Assembly: GCA_963620745.1 (NCBI GenBank)
Contig: CAVFBE010000065.1
Coordinates: 1-52,179 of the forward strand
Reading direction: 5' to 3'
DNA length: 52,179 nt
Source: Muribaculaceae bacterium
Lineage (GTDB): Bacteria > Bacillota > Clostridia > Oscillospirales > Acutalibacteraceae
The first letter of the stretch is position 1. Each line of letters opens with the position of its first letter. A model generated the notes under the pieces. That model was not told the DNA's origin and did no database searches. It was given only the letters and a program-made list of their open reading frames with translations. This document shows, piece by piece, positions 37,976-49,318 of the stretch. A program made the translations under genes and the position numbers.

Positions 37976-38740
37976 TTGATTGATCAAAAAGCTCTGGCCT
38001 ATGTCAATGCTTACGGCGTACTTCGCTGCCTTGAAAACGTATGCGATTTAGTACCGGAAGCAAAAGCTGTCTGTGCCAAAATGAAGAACCCTGTTGCATT
38101 CTGTGTAGACGTAAAGAATGGTCCTTGCGTAACTTACAAGTTTGACAAGAACGGTTGCGTCTTTGTAGAAGGCGACGCAGAAGCAACCTGCAAAATGTCT
38201 TTCGGTTCCCCGAAAGCATTCAACAACCTCATCAGCAACAGTACTCCGGGTATTCCTACCAAAAATCCAATTCAGTGTCTTGCTTTCCTGCTTGGCCCGT
38301 TCACCAAACTGACCAACATCATGAGCAAGTATCTCCAGCCATCCGAATCCGACCTGAAGGATCCGGAATTCTTCCGTCTGAACACTATTCTTACCATGTA
38401 TGTTATTGGTGGTGCCATTCCGGCCCTTGCCAATAATGATGAAATCTCCAAGATTTCCGCTGATGGTATTGTAGACGGCACCATCCAGATGGGTATTAAA
38501 GACGCCGTTTATGTTACCATTGTTGCCAAAGACCACAAACTCAGCCTGATCAAGGAAAAGCCGGAAAATCCAAGAGCAATCATGGAATTCAGCTCTATTG
38601 AACTGGCCAACGGTTTGTTCAACGGCACCGTTTCCACTATTGCTGAGCTTTGCGCCGGTAATATTAAGATGTCCGGTATGATTAACATGCTGGATAACAT
38701 TAACCGCATTCTGGACCGCGTATCGGTTTACTTAGCATAA
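37976..38740 (+). CDS. SCP2 (sterol-carrier-protein-2)-like lipid-binding protein, apparently two tandem SCP2-like halves
   Basis: 254 aa from TTG 37976, 6 nt after AGGAGG. The C-terminal half AIMEFSSIELANGLFNGTVSTIAELCAGNIKMSGMINMLDNINRIL fits the SCP2 pattern. The N-terminal half (AFCVDVKNGPCVTYKFDKNGCVFVEGDAEATCKMSFGSPKAFNNLIS) has the same layout. Confidence 0.55.
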   Translation: MIDQKALAYVNAYGVLRCLENVCDLVPEAKAVCAKMKNPVAFCVDVKNGPCVTYKFDKNGCVFVEGDAEATCKMSFGSPKAFNNLISNSTPGIPTKNPIQCLAFLLGPFTKLTNIMSKYLQPSESDLKDPEFFRLNTILTMYVIGGAIPALANNDEISKISADGIVDGTIQMGIKDAVYVTIVAKDHKLSLIKEKPENPRAIMEFSSIELANGLFNGTVSTIAELCAGNIKMSGMINMLDNINRILDRVSVYLA

Positions 38741-38753
38741 GGAGGGAACAACA

Positions 38754-40028
38754 TTGAGTAAATATCCTGAATACACTCACGAAAAATCCCAGGAATGGTT
38801 TAACCGTGCCTTGAAGGCAATTCCGGCCGGTGTTTACGGACACCTTGGCCCATCCGAAGGTCTGTTCCTTCCCATTACCAAATGGCCTCTGATGTCTGAC
38901 CACGCAAAGGGCACTTATTTCTGGGACGTAGACGGTAATAAATACCTTGACTTTATGTGTGCCTACGGCCCGAACGTTCTTGGTTATTGCGATGACGAAG
39001 TTGACGCCGCAGCCATTGAACAGCTGAAGACCGGCAACTGCTTAACTTCTCCGTCTTACAAGATGGTAGAATGCGCTGAGCTGTTGAAAGACACCGTAGC
39101 CTGCGCAGACTGGGCTTACTTCATGAAGAACGGTTCTGACGCCACCCAGATGGCTGCCATTACCGCCCGTGCCGGTACCGGTAAAGAAAAGATCATGTAC
39201 TTCAAGGGTTACTATCACGGTAACTTCCCATGGTGCATGAAGCCGGACTATCCTGGCATTCTTCCTTCCGACACCCAGAACAACATTATCATTCCTTGGT
39301 TTGATATGCAGGCCATGCAGGAAGAATATGATAAGGCCGGCGGAAACGTTGCTGCCTTAATTGCACAGCCGTATGACCACGGTAACTTCTATGACAACGT
39401 AACAGCCACCAAGGAACAGTGGGCAGCCGTCCGCAAGTTCTGCGACGACCACGACATGGCTCTGATCATTGACGACGTTCGTATGGGCTTCCGTCTGGAC
39501 CTTGCCGGTTCCGACCATTACTATGGCTTCAAAGCCGACATGATCTGCTTCTGTAAAGCACTGGCCAACGGCTACAACATGTCCTGCGTTTGCGGCCAGG
39601 ATAAATGGTATACTCCGGCTTCCTCTCTGAGCTACACCGGTTCTTACTGGATGTCCGCAGAACCATTTGCTGCCTGTCTTGCTACCATTAACAAGATGAA
39701 GAGACTGGATACCCCAACCATGTTCCGTGAAAAGGGTACCAAGCTGACCGACGGCTTCAAGGCTGCTGCCGCAGAACACGGCTTTAACCTGAAGGTTTCC
39801 GGTGAACCGGCCTGCTTCTATCTCAGAACCACCAATGACGACAGCCTGTATCTGCATCAGGAAGTAGTAGCAGAAGCCGTTTCCCGCGGTCTGTTCATTA
39901 CATCCCACCACAACCACTTCATGAATGCCGCTGTTACTGACGAAGATATTGCTTTGGCAGTAGACATTCTGGAAGATGCTTACGGTGTAGTTGCAGCCAG
40001 ACATCCGGAAATTGAAGGTCTGAAATAA
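38754..40028 (+). CDS. Class III PLP-dependent aminotransferase/aminomutase (glutamate-1-semialdehyde 2,1-aminomutase-like)
   Basis: 424 aa with a TTG start behind AAGGAGGG. Motifs YLDFMCAYGPNVLGY, GSDATQMAAITAR, LIIDDVRMGFR, and the putative Schiff-base lysine in DMICFCKALANGY. Confidence 0.8.
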   Translation: MSKYPEYTHEKSQEWFNRALKAIPAGVYGHLGPSEGLFLPITKWPLMSDHAKGTYFWDVDGNKYLDFMCAYGPNVLGYCDDEVDAAAIEQLKTGNCLTSPSYKMVECAELLKDTVACADWAYFMKNGSDATQMAAITARAGTGKEKIMYFKGYYHGNFPWCMKPDYPGILPSDTQNNIIIPWFDMQAMQEEYDKAGGNVAALIAQPYDHGNFYDNVTATKEQWAAVRKFCDDHDMALIIDDVRMGFRLDLAGSDHYYGFKADMICFCKALANGYNMSCVCGQDKWYTPASSLSYTGSYWMSAEPFAACLATINKMKRLDTPTMFREKGTKLTDGFKAAAAEHGFNLKVSGEPACFYLRTTNDDSLYLHQEVVAEAVSRGLFITSHHNHFMNAAVTDEDIALAVDILEDAYGVVAARHPEIEGLK

Positions 40029-40055
40029 GCAACTGCTGTAAACTAATCATGCAAA

Positions 40056-40091
40056 GATCCGGACAGAAAAACTTCTGCCCGGGTCTTTTTT
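40056..40091 (+). terminator. Rho-independent terminator after the aminotransferase gene
   Basis: GATCCGGACAGAA-AAAC-TTCTGCCCGGGTC followed by TTTTTT. Confidence 0.75.
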
Positions 40092-40111
40092 GCGCTCAGC
40101 CTATTCTTTTT

Positions 40112-40140
40112 GTTTCATAGGAGAAAACTTGTTGTATAAT
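40112..40140 (+). promoter_or_regulatory. Putative promoter of the GDPD gene
   Basis: GTTTCA, 17-nt spacer, TATAAT (40135-40140). The ATG at 40139 lies inside the -10 box, which argues for the ATG at 40172 as the start. Confidence 0.4.
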
Positions 40141-40171
40141 GAGCGTGTCAGAATTGAAGGAGGCGCTTACC

Positions 40172-40894
40172 ATGCCATTGATTATTGCACATAGAGGAGC
40201 CAATTTACGGGCTCCGCAAAATACACTGCCGGCCTTTCAGGCTGCCATTGACAACGGAGCAGACGGCGTAGAATTTGATGTTCAGCTGTCCAAGGACGGC
40301 GTACCGGTTATTTGCCACAACTTTGAGGTAAATGAAACCTCTAACGGCAAAGGGCTGGTAGTTGACCAGACCTTTGAAGAGCTGCGCGCACTGGACTTCG
40401 GCTCCTGGTTCTCCGACAAGTTTGCAGGCACCAAAATTCCTACCCTGGAAGAAACGTTGCAAACCGTAAAGGACATGAAGCTGATTAATATTGAAATTAA
40501 GAAGCCAAAGGAAGGCTCTTTGGAAGTCGTTGACAAAACAGTTGCCATGGTAAAAGAAATGGGATTGGAAGAAAAAGTAGTCATTTCCAGCTTTTATTTC
40601 TATGTTACAGACCGCGTAAAGGAACTGGATCCAAGCCTGAAAGTCGGCCTGTTATATGATCCCAAAGACTGCTATGACAAGCGCCTTCTGAAAGGGCAGT
40701 TTATTGAAGTAGCAAAAGAACACAAAGCAGACGCATTCCATCCGTACTTTGTACTGACCAAACTGCCACCGAACTTTACCCAGAAGGCCCATGAAAATGG
40801 CATTGCCGTCAATGTCTGGGGAATCAAGGGTTCCACCCACCTGGAAAGCTACAAAAATTCCGATGTGGACTGCATTATCACTGACTTGGTTTAA
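40172..40894 (+). CDS. Glycerophosphodiester phosphodiesterase
   Basis: 240 aa from the ATG behind GAAGGAGG. GDPD motifs IIAHRGA...PQNTLPAF, GADGVEFDVQLSKDGVPVICHN, and WGI. Confidence 0.85.
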   Translation: MPLIIAHRGANLRAPQNTLPAFQAAIDNGADGVEFDVQLSKDGVPVICHNFEVNETSNGKGLVVDQTFEELRALDFGSWFSDKFAGTKIPTLEETLQTVKDMKLINIEIKKPKEGSLEVVDKTVAMVKEMGLEEKVVISSFYFYVTDRVKELDPSLKVGLLYDPKDCYDKRLLKGQFIEVAKEHKADAFHPYFVLTKLPPNFTQKAHENGIAVNVWGIKGSTHLESYKNSDVDCIITDLV

Positions 40895-40907
40895 TAACAG
40901 AATAAAG

Positions 40908-40941
40908 GAAGCCCGGGGCAGCTGTTCCGGACTTCTTTTTT
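40908..40941 (+). terminator. Rho-independent terminator after the GDPD gene
   Basis: GAAGCCCGG / CCGGACTTC stem (one mismatch) followed by TTTTTT. Confidence 0.65.
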
Positions 40942-40957
40942 GCGATGTAGTGCTTTC

Positions 40958-40986
40958 TTGAAGATTAAAAATTCTTTTGCTACAAT
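40958..40986 (+). promoter_or_regulatory. Putative uvrB promoter
   Basis: TTGAAG (40958-40963), 17-nt spacer, TACAAT (40981-40986). No Cheo/LexA box is visible. Confidence 0.5.
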
Positions 40987-41015
40987 AGGGTCACTTTCGG
41001 GAAGGGAGGCAAATT

Positions 41016-42971
41016 ATGGATCACTTTGAATTGGTTTCCAAGTTCAAACCAACCGGGGATCAGCCGCAGGCCATTGCCGCATTAACAGACGGCTTAAAGC
41101 AGGGCTTTAAAGAGCAAACACTGCTTGGTGTTACCGGTTCCGGCAAAACCTTTACCATGGCCAATATTATTGCCTCCGCTAACCGTCCAACCCTGGTGCT
41201 GGCGCATAACAAGACGCTGGCAGCACAGCTCTGTTCGGAGTTTCGGGAAATGTTCCCGAACAACGCAGTAGAGTTCTTTGTTTCCTATTATGACTATTAC
41301 CAGCCGGAGGCCTATGTAGCCTCTTCCGACACCTATATTGAAAAAGACGCCTCCATTAATGATGAAATTGATAAGCTGCGGCATTCTGCAACCCTTTCCC
41401 TTGTAGAACGCCGTGACGTTATTATAGTAGCTTCTGTATCCTGTATTTATTCCTTAGGTAACCCGATTGACTATAAGAACATGGTCATCAGTCTCAGACC
41501 GGGAATGACCTATCCACGGGATGACCTCTTAAAGAAGCTGGTGGAAATCCATTACGAGCGCAATGACATCAACTTTGTGCGGACGAAGTTCCGCGTCCGG
41601 GGGGACACCGTAGAGGTGTTCACATCCGGAGAAACGGAATATGCCATCCGCATTGAATTCTTCGGCGATGAAATTGACCGCATCTGCGAAATGAACGCCC
41701 TGACCGGAGAAGTCACCGGCGTGTTGCAGCATGCTGCCATTTATCCGGCAACCCACTACGTTGTCAACCCGGACGCACTGGAGGACGCCATTGCGGATAT
41801 TATGCGGGAATGCGCCGAACGGGTAGCCGAATTTGAGGCAGAGGGGAAGCTGATTGAAGCGCAGCGGATCCGGCAGCGCACGGAATATGACATGGAAATG
41901 CTGCGGGAAACCGGCTTTTGCTCCGGAATTGAAAACTACAGCCGTGTGCTGGCGCGCCGGGAACCGGGCGCCGTGCCGTATACGCTGCTGGATTACTTTT
42001 CCAAGGATTTTCTACTGTTTATTGATGAATCCCACGTAACCCTGCCGCAAATTCACGGCATGTTCGGCGGGGACCACGCCCGGAAGAAGAGCCTGATAGA
42101 TTACGGGTTCCGCCTTCCCAGCGCCTATGACAACCGGCCGCTCAACTTTGATGAGTTCTACAGCCATGTCAACCAGGTTATTTTTACCAGTGCCACGCCC
42201 GGAGACTTTGAGCGGCAGGTATCGGCGCGGATTGCGGAACAGCTGATCCGCCCGACCGGACTACTGGATCCGGACATCAGCGTACGCCCGGTAGAAGGGC
42301 AGATAGATGATCTGCTTTCCGAAATTCACGTGCGCACGGAACGCAAAGAACGGGTCTTAATTACCACTTTGACCAAGAAGATGGCAGAGGACCTGACCCG
42401 GTTCTTTGAAGAACAGGGCGTGAAAGTGCGTTACATGCACCATGATATAGACACCATTGAACGAATGCAGATCATCCGTGACCTTCGCATGGGCGTATTT
42501 GATGTCCTGATCGGCATCAACCTGCTCCGGGAGGGCCTGGATATTCCGGAGGTTTCCCTGGTGGCTGTTCTGGACGCTGACAAGGAAGGCTTCCTGCGTT
42601 CAGAAACCAGTCTGGTGCAGACGGCAGGCCGTGCCGCCCGGAATGCACAGGGCAGTGTTATTTTTTATGCAGATAGTGTAACCCCGTCCATGGAACGGGC
42701 CATCCGGGAAACCCTCCGCCGTAGGGAAATCCAGATGGCTTATAACAAAGAACATGGCATTGTACCGCAAACCATTCATAAAGATGTGCGGGATGTCATT
42801 GAAATTACGGCAAAAGTAGAAACTACATCGCCAGAGGGAAAACGTCTGACCAAGAAAGAAAAAGAGCGGCGTATCCGCGAACTGGAAAAGAATATGAAGG
42901 CTGCTGCCAGAGTGCTGGATTTTGAAACAGCGGCCTATTATCGGGATGAGCTTGCCAAATTACAAAAGTAA
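41016..42971 (+). CDS. uvrB: Excinuclease ABC subunit B
   Basis: 651 aa. Motifs [11 protein letters not shown], Walker [13 protein letters not shown], and a C-terminal UVR domain ([11 protein letters not shown]). Confidence 0.97.
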   Translation: MDHFELVSKFKPTGDQPQAIAALTDGLKQGFKEQTLLGVTGSGKTFTMANIIASANRPTLVLAHNKTLAAQLCSEFREMFPNNAVEFFVSYYDYYQPEAYVASSDTYIEKDASINDEIDKLRHSATLSLVERRDVIIVASVSCIYSLGNPIDYKNMVISLRPGMTYPRDDLLKKLVEIHYERNDINFVRTKFRVRGDTVEVFTSGETEYAIRIEFFGDEIDRICEMNALTGEVTGVLQHAAIYPATHYVVNPDALEDAIADIMRECAERVAEFEAEGKLIEAQRIRQRTEYDMEMLRETGFCSGIENYSRVLARREPGAVPYTLLDYFSKDFLLFIDESHVTLPQIHGMFGGDHARKKSLIDYGFRLPSAYDNRPLNFDEFYSHVNQVIFTSATPGDFERQVSARIAEQLIRPTGLLDPDISVRPVEGQIDDLLSEIHVRTERKERVLITTLTKKMAEDLTRFFEEQGVKVRYMHHDIDTIERMQIIRDLRMGVFDVLIGINLLREGLDIPEVSLVAVLDADKEGFLRSETSLVQTAGRAARNAQGSVIFYADSVTPSMERAIRETLRRREIQMAYNKEHGIVPQTIHKDVRDVIEITAKVETTSPEGKRLTKKEKERRIRELEKNMKAAARVLDFETAAYYRDELAKLQK

Positions 42972-43009
42972 GACACGGCAGGTTAGTAACAGCAAAGGAA
43001 GTTAGCAGA

Positions 43010-45844
43010 ATGGCAGGAACGGAAATTGTCATTAAAGGGGCAAAGGAACACAACTTAAAAAATGTGGATTTAACCATTCCCAGAGACAAGATGGTTGTGT
43101 TTACGGGGCTGTCCGGCTCAGGTAAATCCAGCCTTGCTTTTGATACTATTTATGCGGAAGGGCAGCGCAGGTATATGGAATCCCTGTCCTCATATGCAAG
43201 GCAGTTCCTGGGGCTGATGGAAAAGCCAAAGGTAGAGTCCATTGACGGACTGTCTCCGGCCATTTCCATTGACCAGAAAACCACCTCTAAAAACCCGCGC
43301 TCCACAGTGGGAACCGTAACAGAAATTTATGACTATCTGCGCCTTTTGTATGCCAGGGTAGGGCATCCGCACTGTCCCATTTGCGGAAAAGAATTGTCCC
43401 ATCAGACCATAGACCAGATTGTAGATCAGGTATTATCTCTGCCGGAGGGCAGTAAAATTCAGGTAATGGCGCCTATTGCCAGAGGAAAAAAGGGCACTTA
43501 TGCCAAAGACCTGGAAAAAGCCGCCAAGTCCGGTTACGTGCGTGCCCGGATTGACGGGGAGATCCATGACCTGAGTGAAAAAATTACCTTAAATAAAAAT
43601 CAGAAACACACCATTGAAATTGTGGTAGACCGCTTAGTGGTCAAAGACAGTATTAGAAGCCGTCTTGCAGATTCGGTAGAAACTGCTTTAAAGCTGACGG
43701 AAGGTGTCCTGCTGGTCAACGTCATTGACGGGGAAGACATGGTCTTCTCCGAACAGTTTGCCTGCCCGGAACACGGTACCCTGAAAATGGATGAACTGGC
43801 TCCACGGATGTTTTCCTTCAACAATCCGTTTGGCGCCTGTCCGGACTGCGCCGGTCTTGGCTTTTATGAGCAGATTGACGAAGACCTGATTATGCCGGAC
43901 AAAAGCCTTTCCATTCGGGAAGGTGGTATTCAGGCGCCCGGCTGGACCAAAACCGAAGGCGGCACCATTGCGGAAATGTATTATGACGGAGTGGCCAACC
44001 ACTACGGCTTTTCCATAGACGTCCCAATCAAGGACATGAAGCGGAAGGATCTGGAAAAAATTCTGTACGGTTCCGGCAAGGACCGGGTAGAGTTTTCCAG
44101 AAAGACCACCTTCAGTGACAGCACCTGGGCCTGTCGCTTTGAAGGCGTCATTCCCAATCTGGAACGGAAGTTCCGTGACACGTCCTCTGAATATTCCAAG
44201 CGTTCCATTGAACAGCTGATGGCACGGCATGCCTGCGCCTCCTGTGGAGGAAAACGGCTTCGCCCGGAATCTTTGGCAGTTACGGTCGGCGGATTAAATA
44301 TTGATGAGCTGACCCGCTTGTCCGTTCGGAAAGAACTGGAGTTCTTTGAACAGTTACAGCTGACGGAACGGGAAAGCATTATTGCAGAACTCATTTTAAA
44401 AGAAATTAAATCCCGTCTGCAGTTTCTGTGCAGTGTGGGTCTGGATTATTTGGATCTGGCCCGCAGCGCCGGTAGTTTGTCCGGCGGGGAAAGCCAGCGG
44501 ATTCGCCTGGCCACCCAGATTGGCTCTTCCTTAATGGGCGTTCTTTATATTCTGGATGAGCCCAGCATCGGCCTTCACCAAAAAGATAATGAAATGCTAA
44601 TCCACACCTTGGAAAAGCTGCGGGATCTGGGCAACACATTAATTGTGGTAGAGCATGATGAAGAAACCATGCTGGCCGCAGACTACATTGTAGACATCGG
44701 TCCCGGTGCCGGTATTCACGGTGGGGAAGTGGTCTGTGCCGGAACGCCACTGGAAATTATGAATTGCAAAAATTCCATTACCGGACAATACCTAAAAGGG
44801 GAACGGTCCATTCCGGTTCCGACAGAACGCCGAAAGGGAAATGGCAACTTCCTAAAGGTAACCGGTGCTACAGAGCATAACCTGAAAAATGTGAATGTTT
44901 CCATTCCTTTAGGAACATTTACCTGCGTTACAGGCGTATCCGGATCTGGGAAATCAAGCCTGGTAAATGAAATTATCTATAAAACCCTGGTAAGGGATCT
45001 GAATCGCGCAAAATCATACCCGGGCAAATGCAAGAAGATTACCGGCCTGGAGCATTTGGACAAGGTCATTAACATTGACCAGTCTCCCATTGGCAGAACG
45101 CCGCGCTCCAATCCGGCTACTTACACCAACCTGTTCAATGACATCCGTGCGCTGTTTGCCAGTACGCAGGATGCCAAAGTGCGGGGTTATTCTGCCGGGC
45201 GATTCAGCTTTAATGTCAAAGGCGGCCGCTGCGAGGCCTGCCAGGGTGACGGTATTGTCAAAATAGAAATGCACTTCCTGGCAGATGTTTACGTTAAGTG
45301 TGATGTCTGTGGCGGGGCCCGGTACAATCGGGAAACGCTGGAAATTAAATACCGTGGCAAGAACATTGCGGAAGTGTTGGACATGACCATAGACGAAGCC
45401 TGTGACTTCTTTTCCGCAGTTCCTAAAATTTATAACCGCCTGCTGACCTTACGGGATGTGGGTCTGGGTTATGTTAAATTAGGGCAAAGCGCAACCACCC
45501 TGTCCGGCGGCGAAGCGCAGCGCGTGAAGCTGGCCACGGAGCTTTCCAAGCGTTCCACCGGCAAAACCATTTATATTCTGGACGAGCCGACCACTGGTCT
45601 GCATACTGCCGATGTGCATAAGCTTTTGGAAGTGCTGCAGAAGTTGGTAGACCAGGGCAATACGGTTCTGGTTATTGAACACAATCTGGATGTCATTAAG
45701 ACAGCAGATTACTTAATAGACCTGGGTCCGGACGGCGGAGATAACGGCGGTACGGTTGTAGCCACCGGCACACCGGAACAGGTGGCAAAGTGTGAAACGT
45801 CTTACACGGGACAGTATTTGAAGAAACTGCTTTCCAAAACATAA
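43010..45844 (+). CDS. uvrA: Excinuclease ABC subunit A
   Basis: 944 aa. Two ABC modules ([12 protein letters not shown] and [11 protein letters not shown]), zinc-finger cysteine clusters, and LSGGE signatures. Confidence 0.97.
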   Translation: MAGTEIVIKGAKEHNLKNVDLTIPRDKMVVFTGLSGSGKSSLAFDTIYAEGQRRYMESLSSYARQFLGLMEKPKVESIDGLSPAISIDQKTTSKNPRSTVGTVTEIYDYLRLLYARVGHPHCPICGKELSHQTIDQIVDQVLSLPEGSKIQVMAPIARGKKGTYAKDLEKAAKSGYVRARIDGEIHDLSEKITLNKNQKHTIEIVVDRLVVKDSIRSRLADSVETALKLTEGVLLVNVIDGEDMVFSEQFACPEHGTLKMDELAPRMFSFNNPFGACPDCAGLGFYEQIDEDLIMPDKSLSIREGGIQAPGWTKTEGGTIAEMYYDGVANHYGFSIDVPIKDMKRKDLEKILYGSGKDRVEFSRKTTFSDSTWACRFEGVIPNLERKFRDTSSEYSKRSIEQLMARHACASCGGKRLRPESLAVTVGGLNIDELTRLSVRKELEFFEQLQLTERESIIAELILKEIKSRLQFLCSVGLDYLDLARSAGSLSGGESQRIRLATQIGSSLMGVLYILDEPSIGLHQKDNEMLIHTLEKLRDLGNTLIVVEHDEETMLAADYIVDIGPGAGIHGGEVVCAGTPLEIMNCKNSITGQYLKGERSIPVPTERRKGNGNFLKVTGATEHNLKNVNVSIPLGTFTCVTGVSGSGKSSLVNEIIYKTLVRDLNRAKSYPGKCKKITGLEHLDKVINIDQSPIGRTPRSNPATYTNLFNDIRALFASTQDAKVRGYSAGRFSFNVKGGRCEACQGDGIVKIEMHFLADVYVKCDVCGGARYNRETLEIKYRGKNIAEVLDMTIDEACDFFSAVPKIYNRLLTLRDVGLGYVKLGQSATTLSGGEAQRVKLATELSKRSTGKTIYILDEPTTGLHTADVHKLLEVLQKLVDQGNTVLVIEHNLDVIKTADYLIDLGPDGGDNGGTVVATGTPEQVAKCETSYTGQYLKKLLSKT

Positions 45845-45870
45845 TTGATTAACTACCTTAGGAGAAAGAA

Positions 45871-47202
45871 ATGAAAATCCAACTTTCCGATCATTTTACT
45901 TACAAGAAGCTGGCAAGATTCGTTCTTCCATCCATTGTGATGATGGCCTTCAGCTCTATCTACGGCATGGTTGACGGCCTGTTTGTTTCCTGGTATGCAG
46001 GCAAAACGGCCTTTGCATCCCTAAACCTGGTTATGCCGTTTATTATGATTATCGGCGGAATGGGCTTTATGGTTGGTACCGGCGGTACGGCCCTGGTTTC
46101 CAAGATTATGGGAGAAGGGGATCGGAAACGGGCAAACGAAGTCTTTTCCATGATGATTTTATTTGGCACAGCGCTGGGTATTGTTTTATCCATTCTGGGT
46201 TTTACCTTTATGCCGCAGGTGGTTACTTTTCTGAATGCTACACCGGAAATGTATGATGACTCAGTTTTGTATGGACGGGTCAATCTGGCATTTGTTGTGT
46301 TCTTTATGCTGCAAAATATTTTCCAAAGCTTTTGTGTGGCAGCGGAAAAGCCCAAGCTTGGGCTACTGGCCACGGTGTTTGCCGGTGTTTCCAATATGAT
46401 TGGGGATGCTATTTTTGTAGCGGTTCTGGATAAGGGAGTGGCGGGCGCCGCCCTGGCTACCGGTCTGTCCCAGATCGTCGGCGCAGGTATCCCAATGGCG
46501 TACTTCCTTTTCAACAAGAACGGTATTTTAAAGCTGCGGTTCAAAGCACTGGAGTGGAAGCCCATTTTGTCCGCCTGCTTTAATGGCTTTTCCGAATTTG
46601 TCGGCAACATTTCCAGTAGTATTGTCGGTATGCTGTATAACTTCCAGCTTTTAAAATACATTGGAGAAAACGGTGTTTCCGCTTATGGCGTTATTATGTA
46701 CGTGCAGTTTTTATTTATTGCATTGTACTTCGGCTACGCCATTGGTGTGGGACCCCTGGTCAGCTACAACTATGGCTCCCAGAACATCCCGGAACTGCAG
46801 AATCTGTTCCGGAAAAGCATTAAAATCATGCTGTGCGCCGGCGTTTTATTGGTAGCCACGGCAGAGCTGGCGGCGCCGCTCCTTGCCAAGGTCTTTGTCG
46901 GTTATGACTCCGAACTTCACGCCTTAACTACCTATGCATTCCGCATTTACAGCATGAGCTTATTGTTTGCCGGTATGAACATTTACACGTCTGCCTTGTT
47001 TACAGCTCTGAACAACGGAAAAATTTCGGCCATTTCCGCCGTTATGCGTTCCCTGGTATTCCAGGCATCTGCTGTTTTAACCATTCCGCTCATCATCGGG
47101 GTAGAGGGAATCTGGTTCTCCAATATTTTTGCCGAATGCGGCTGCTTACTGGTCAACCTTTGCTTCCTGTTCCATTTCCGGAAGCAATACCATTATTGCT
47201 AA
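45871..47202 (+). CDS. MATE-family efflux transporter
   Basis: 443 aa with 12 TM helices. The N-terminus PSIVMMAFSSIYGMVDGLFVS is typical of MatE. Confidence 0.8.
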   Translation: MKIQLSDHFTYKKLARFVLPSIVMMAFSSIYGMVDGLFVSWYAGKTAFASLNLVMPFIMIIGGMGFMVGTGGTALVSKIMGEGDRKRANEVFSMMILFGTALGIVLSILGFTFMPQVVTFLNATPEMYDDSVLYGRVNLAFVVFFMLQNIFQSFCVAAEKPKLGLLATVFAGVSNMIGDAIFVAVLDKGVAGAALATGLSQIVGAGIPMAYFLFNKNGILKLRFKALEWKPILSACFNGFSEFVGNISSSIVGMLYNFQLLKYIGENGVSAYGVIMYVQFLFIALYFGYAIGVGPLVSYNYGSQNIPELQNLFRKSIKIMLCAGVLLVATAELAAPLLAKVFVGYDSELHALTTYAFRIYSMSLLFAGMNIYTSALFTALNNGKISAISAVMRSLVFQASAVLTIPLIIGVEGIWFSNIFAECGCLLVNLCFLFHFRKQYHYC

Positions 47203-47243
47203 GTATTGTCAAAAAAAGAAATGTGCAAAACCGCCCGGATAAA

Positions 47244-47272
47244 TTGCATTTTAGGGCGGTTTCCCGTATACT
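47244..47272 (+). promoter_or_regulatory. Putative potABCD promoter
   Basis: TTGCAT (47244-47249), 17-nt spacer, TATACT (47267-47272). It overlaps a long-loop hairpin (AAACCGCCC...GGGCGGTTT, 47228-47262) that may be a weak terminator for the MATE gene. Confidence 0.45.
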
Positions 47273-47313
47273 CTTTTTAAAGAAATTTTACGGTTAAATG
47301 AGGGAGTGCATAA

Positions 47314-48507
47314 GTGGAAAAAAAAGCGGTAATTACGTTAAAAGATATTTCAGTGGCCTTTGACGGAGAGCCGATTCTGAATAACCTGAACCTGGAAATT
47401 AAAGATGGTGAATTTGTTACCTTTTTAGGACCGTCCGGTTGTGGGAAAACCACAACCCTTCGGATTATTGCAGGCTTTCAGGAACCGGATTCCGGAGAAG
47501 TCCTTTTTGGTAATAAAAGGATGAATGGTGTTCCTGCCCACAAGAGGCCGGTGAACACCATTTTTCAGCGTTATGCTTTGTTCCCGCACCTGAACGTTTA
47601 TGAAAACATTGCGTTTGGTTTGCGCTTAAAGAAGTGGAAGGAAGCTGCCATCAAAGAAAAGGTGTCTGAACTGCTGGCACTGGTAGACCTGAAAGGCTTT
47701 GACCGGCGGTCCATAGACTCCTTATCCGGCGGCCAACAGCAGCGTGTGGCCATTGCCAGAGCCCTGGCAGTGGACCCGGAGGTGCTGTTGCTGGACGAAC
47801 CTCTTGGCGCCTTGGATCTGAAGCTGCGCAAGGACATGCAGGTAGAACTGAAAAATATCCAGCAGCGCCTGGGTATCACTTTTATTTACGTAACCCATGA
47901 CCAGGAAGAGGCCCTGTCCATGTCGGATAAGGTCGTTGTCATGGACCGCGGTGAAATTCAACAGATTGGTTCTCCCATAGACATTTACAATGAACCGGCC
48001 AATGCGTTTGTGGCTGACTTCATTGGGGAATCCAACATTCTGGACGGCGTTATGCTGACAGATGAAAAGGTTCGCTTCCACGGCGTTACCTTTGACTGTG
48101 TAGACCGTGGTTTTGCTAAAAACCAGCCGGTAGACGTTGTTATCCGTCCGGAAGACGTAGACGTAGTTCCGGAAGAAGAGGGCATGCTGAAGGGCACGGT
48201 TACCAGCGTTACCTTTAAGGGTGTCCACTTTGAAATCTTAGTAGATATTGACGGCTTTATCTGGATGATTCAGTCTACGGACTATCAGAAGGCCGGGGAC
48301 AAAATCGGTATCCAGATTAAACCGGATGAAATTCATGTTATGGCCAAGTCCAAGTATTCCGGTGTCTTCGGAGACTACTCCAGCTTCTCGGATGAAATGG
48401 ACTTTATCAGTGACTCTGAAGTGGATCTGACCGAAGTAGACATTGAAGAGCTGGAATTTGAAGAAGCTTCCCAGGAACAGGCAGAAGAGGAGGCAGATCA
48501 TGAATAA
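47314..48507 (+). CDS. potA: Spermidine/putrescine ABC transporter ATP-binding protein, with an acidic C-terminal extension
   Basis: 397 aa with a GTG start behind GAGGGAG. Walker [10 protein letters not shown], signature [15 protein letters not shown], Walker B LLLDEPL, and a TOBE-like domain. Confidence 0.88.
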   Translation: MEKKAVITLKDISVAFDGEPILNNLNLEIKDGEFVTFLGPSGCGKTTTLRIIAGFQEPDSGEVLFGNKRMNGVPAHKRPVNTIFQRYALFPHLNVYENIAFGLRLKKWKEAAIKEKVSELLALVDLKGFDRRSIDSLSGGQQQRVAIARALAVDPEVLLLDEPLGALDLKLRKDMQVELKNIQQRLGITFIYVTHDQEEALSMSDKVVVMDRGEIQQIGSPIDIYNEPANAFVADFIGESNILDGVMLTDEKVRFHGVTFDCVDRGFAKNQPVDVVIRPEDVDVVPEEEGMLKGTVTSVTFKGVHFEILVDIDGFIWMIQSTDYQKAGDKIGIQIKPDEIHVMAKSKYSGVFGDYSSFSDEMDFISDSEVDLTEVDIEELEFEEASQEQAEEEADHE

Positions 48508-49318
48508 GAAAACGGCCACCGCCATAACGGCACCGTATGCTTTGTGGATGGCTGTTTTCATTGTGGTCCCGCTCCTGATTGTTGCCTATTACGCACTGAC
48601 AGACTCCAGCGGTGCCTTTTCCCTTGAAAATATCAGCAATCTGTCCCTTTATACGGATACTATCTTCCGCTCTATCTGGTTCGGCCTGCTTGCCACCATT
48701 CTTTCTCTGGTGGTAGCGTACCCGCTTGCGTATTTCTTTTCCAAGTGCAGAGCCGGTACTCAGAGTATGCTGATTATGCTGGTTATGATTCCCATGTGGA
48801 TGAACTTTATCCTGCGGACCTACTCCATCATGGTCCTGATTGAAAATACGGGAATTATTAATACCTTCCTGACGGATTTAGGGCTGCCTCGCCTGCATTT
48901 AATCAACACCTCCGGCGCTGTTATTTTCGGCATGGTGTACAACTACATTCCGTTTATGATTTTGCCGCTGTACACGGCCATGACCAAGCTGGACCGGAAG
49001 CACATTGAAGCGGCCAGGGACCTTGGGGCCAACGGGTATCAGATTTTATCCAAAGTCATGATTCCATTGACCAAATCCGGTATTATTTCCGGCATTACCA
49101 TGGTCTTTGTTCCGTCTGTTTCCACGTTCTACATTTCCCAGAAGCTGGGTGGCGGTAAGTACACCCTGATTGGGGACGTTATTGAAATGCAATTCCAGAC
49201 TGCATACAACTACCATCTGGGCGCTTCCATTTCTTTGCTCCTGATGGTCTTCATTTTGGTTTGCCTGGCAGTCATGAACCGCTTCGGCAACACAGAGGAT
49301 GGGGGTGTCATGCTGTAA
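48500..49318 (+). CDS. potB: Spermidine/putrescine ABC transporter permease
   Basis: 272 aa. The ATG overlaps the potA stop (ATGAATAA). Six TM helices and an EAA-loop region [13 protein letters not shown]. Confidence 0.85.
   Translation: MNKKTATAITAPYALWMAVFIVVPLLIVAYYALTDSSGAFSLENISNLSLYTDTIFRSIWFGLLATILSLVVAYPLAYFFSKCRAGTQSMLIMLVMIPMWMNFILRTYSIMVLIENTGIINTFLTDLGLPRLHLINTSGAVIFGMVYNYIPFMILPLYTAMTKLDRKHIEAARDLGANGYQILSKVMIPLTKSGIISGITMVFVPSVSTFYISQKLGGGKYTLIGDVIEMQFQTAYNYHLGASISLLLMVFILVCLAVMNRFGNTEDGGVML

Noticed and set aside
40895-41015. A LexA (Cheo box, CGAAC-N4-GTTCG) operator upstream of uvrB, or upstream of uvrA at 42972-43009.
   Set aside because: No match to the Cheo-box pattern is present in either upstream region.
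47228-47262. The hairpin AAACCGCCC...GGGCGGTTT, considered as a riboswitch or attenuator for potA.
   Set aside because: It is a single stem with a 17-nt loop and no alternative structure, and it overlaps the putative promoter. It is more likely a weak terminator for the MATE gene, or fortuitous.
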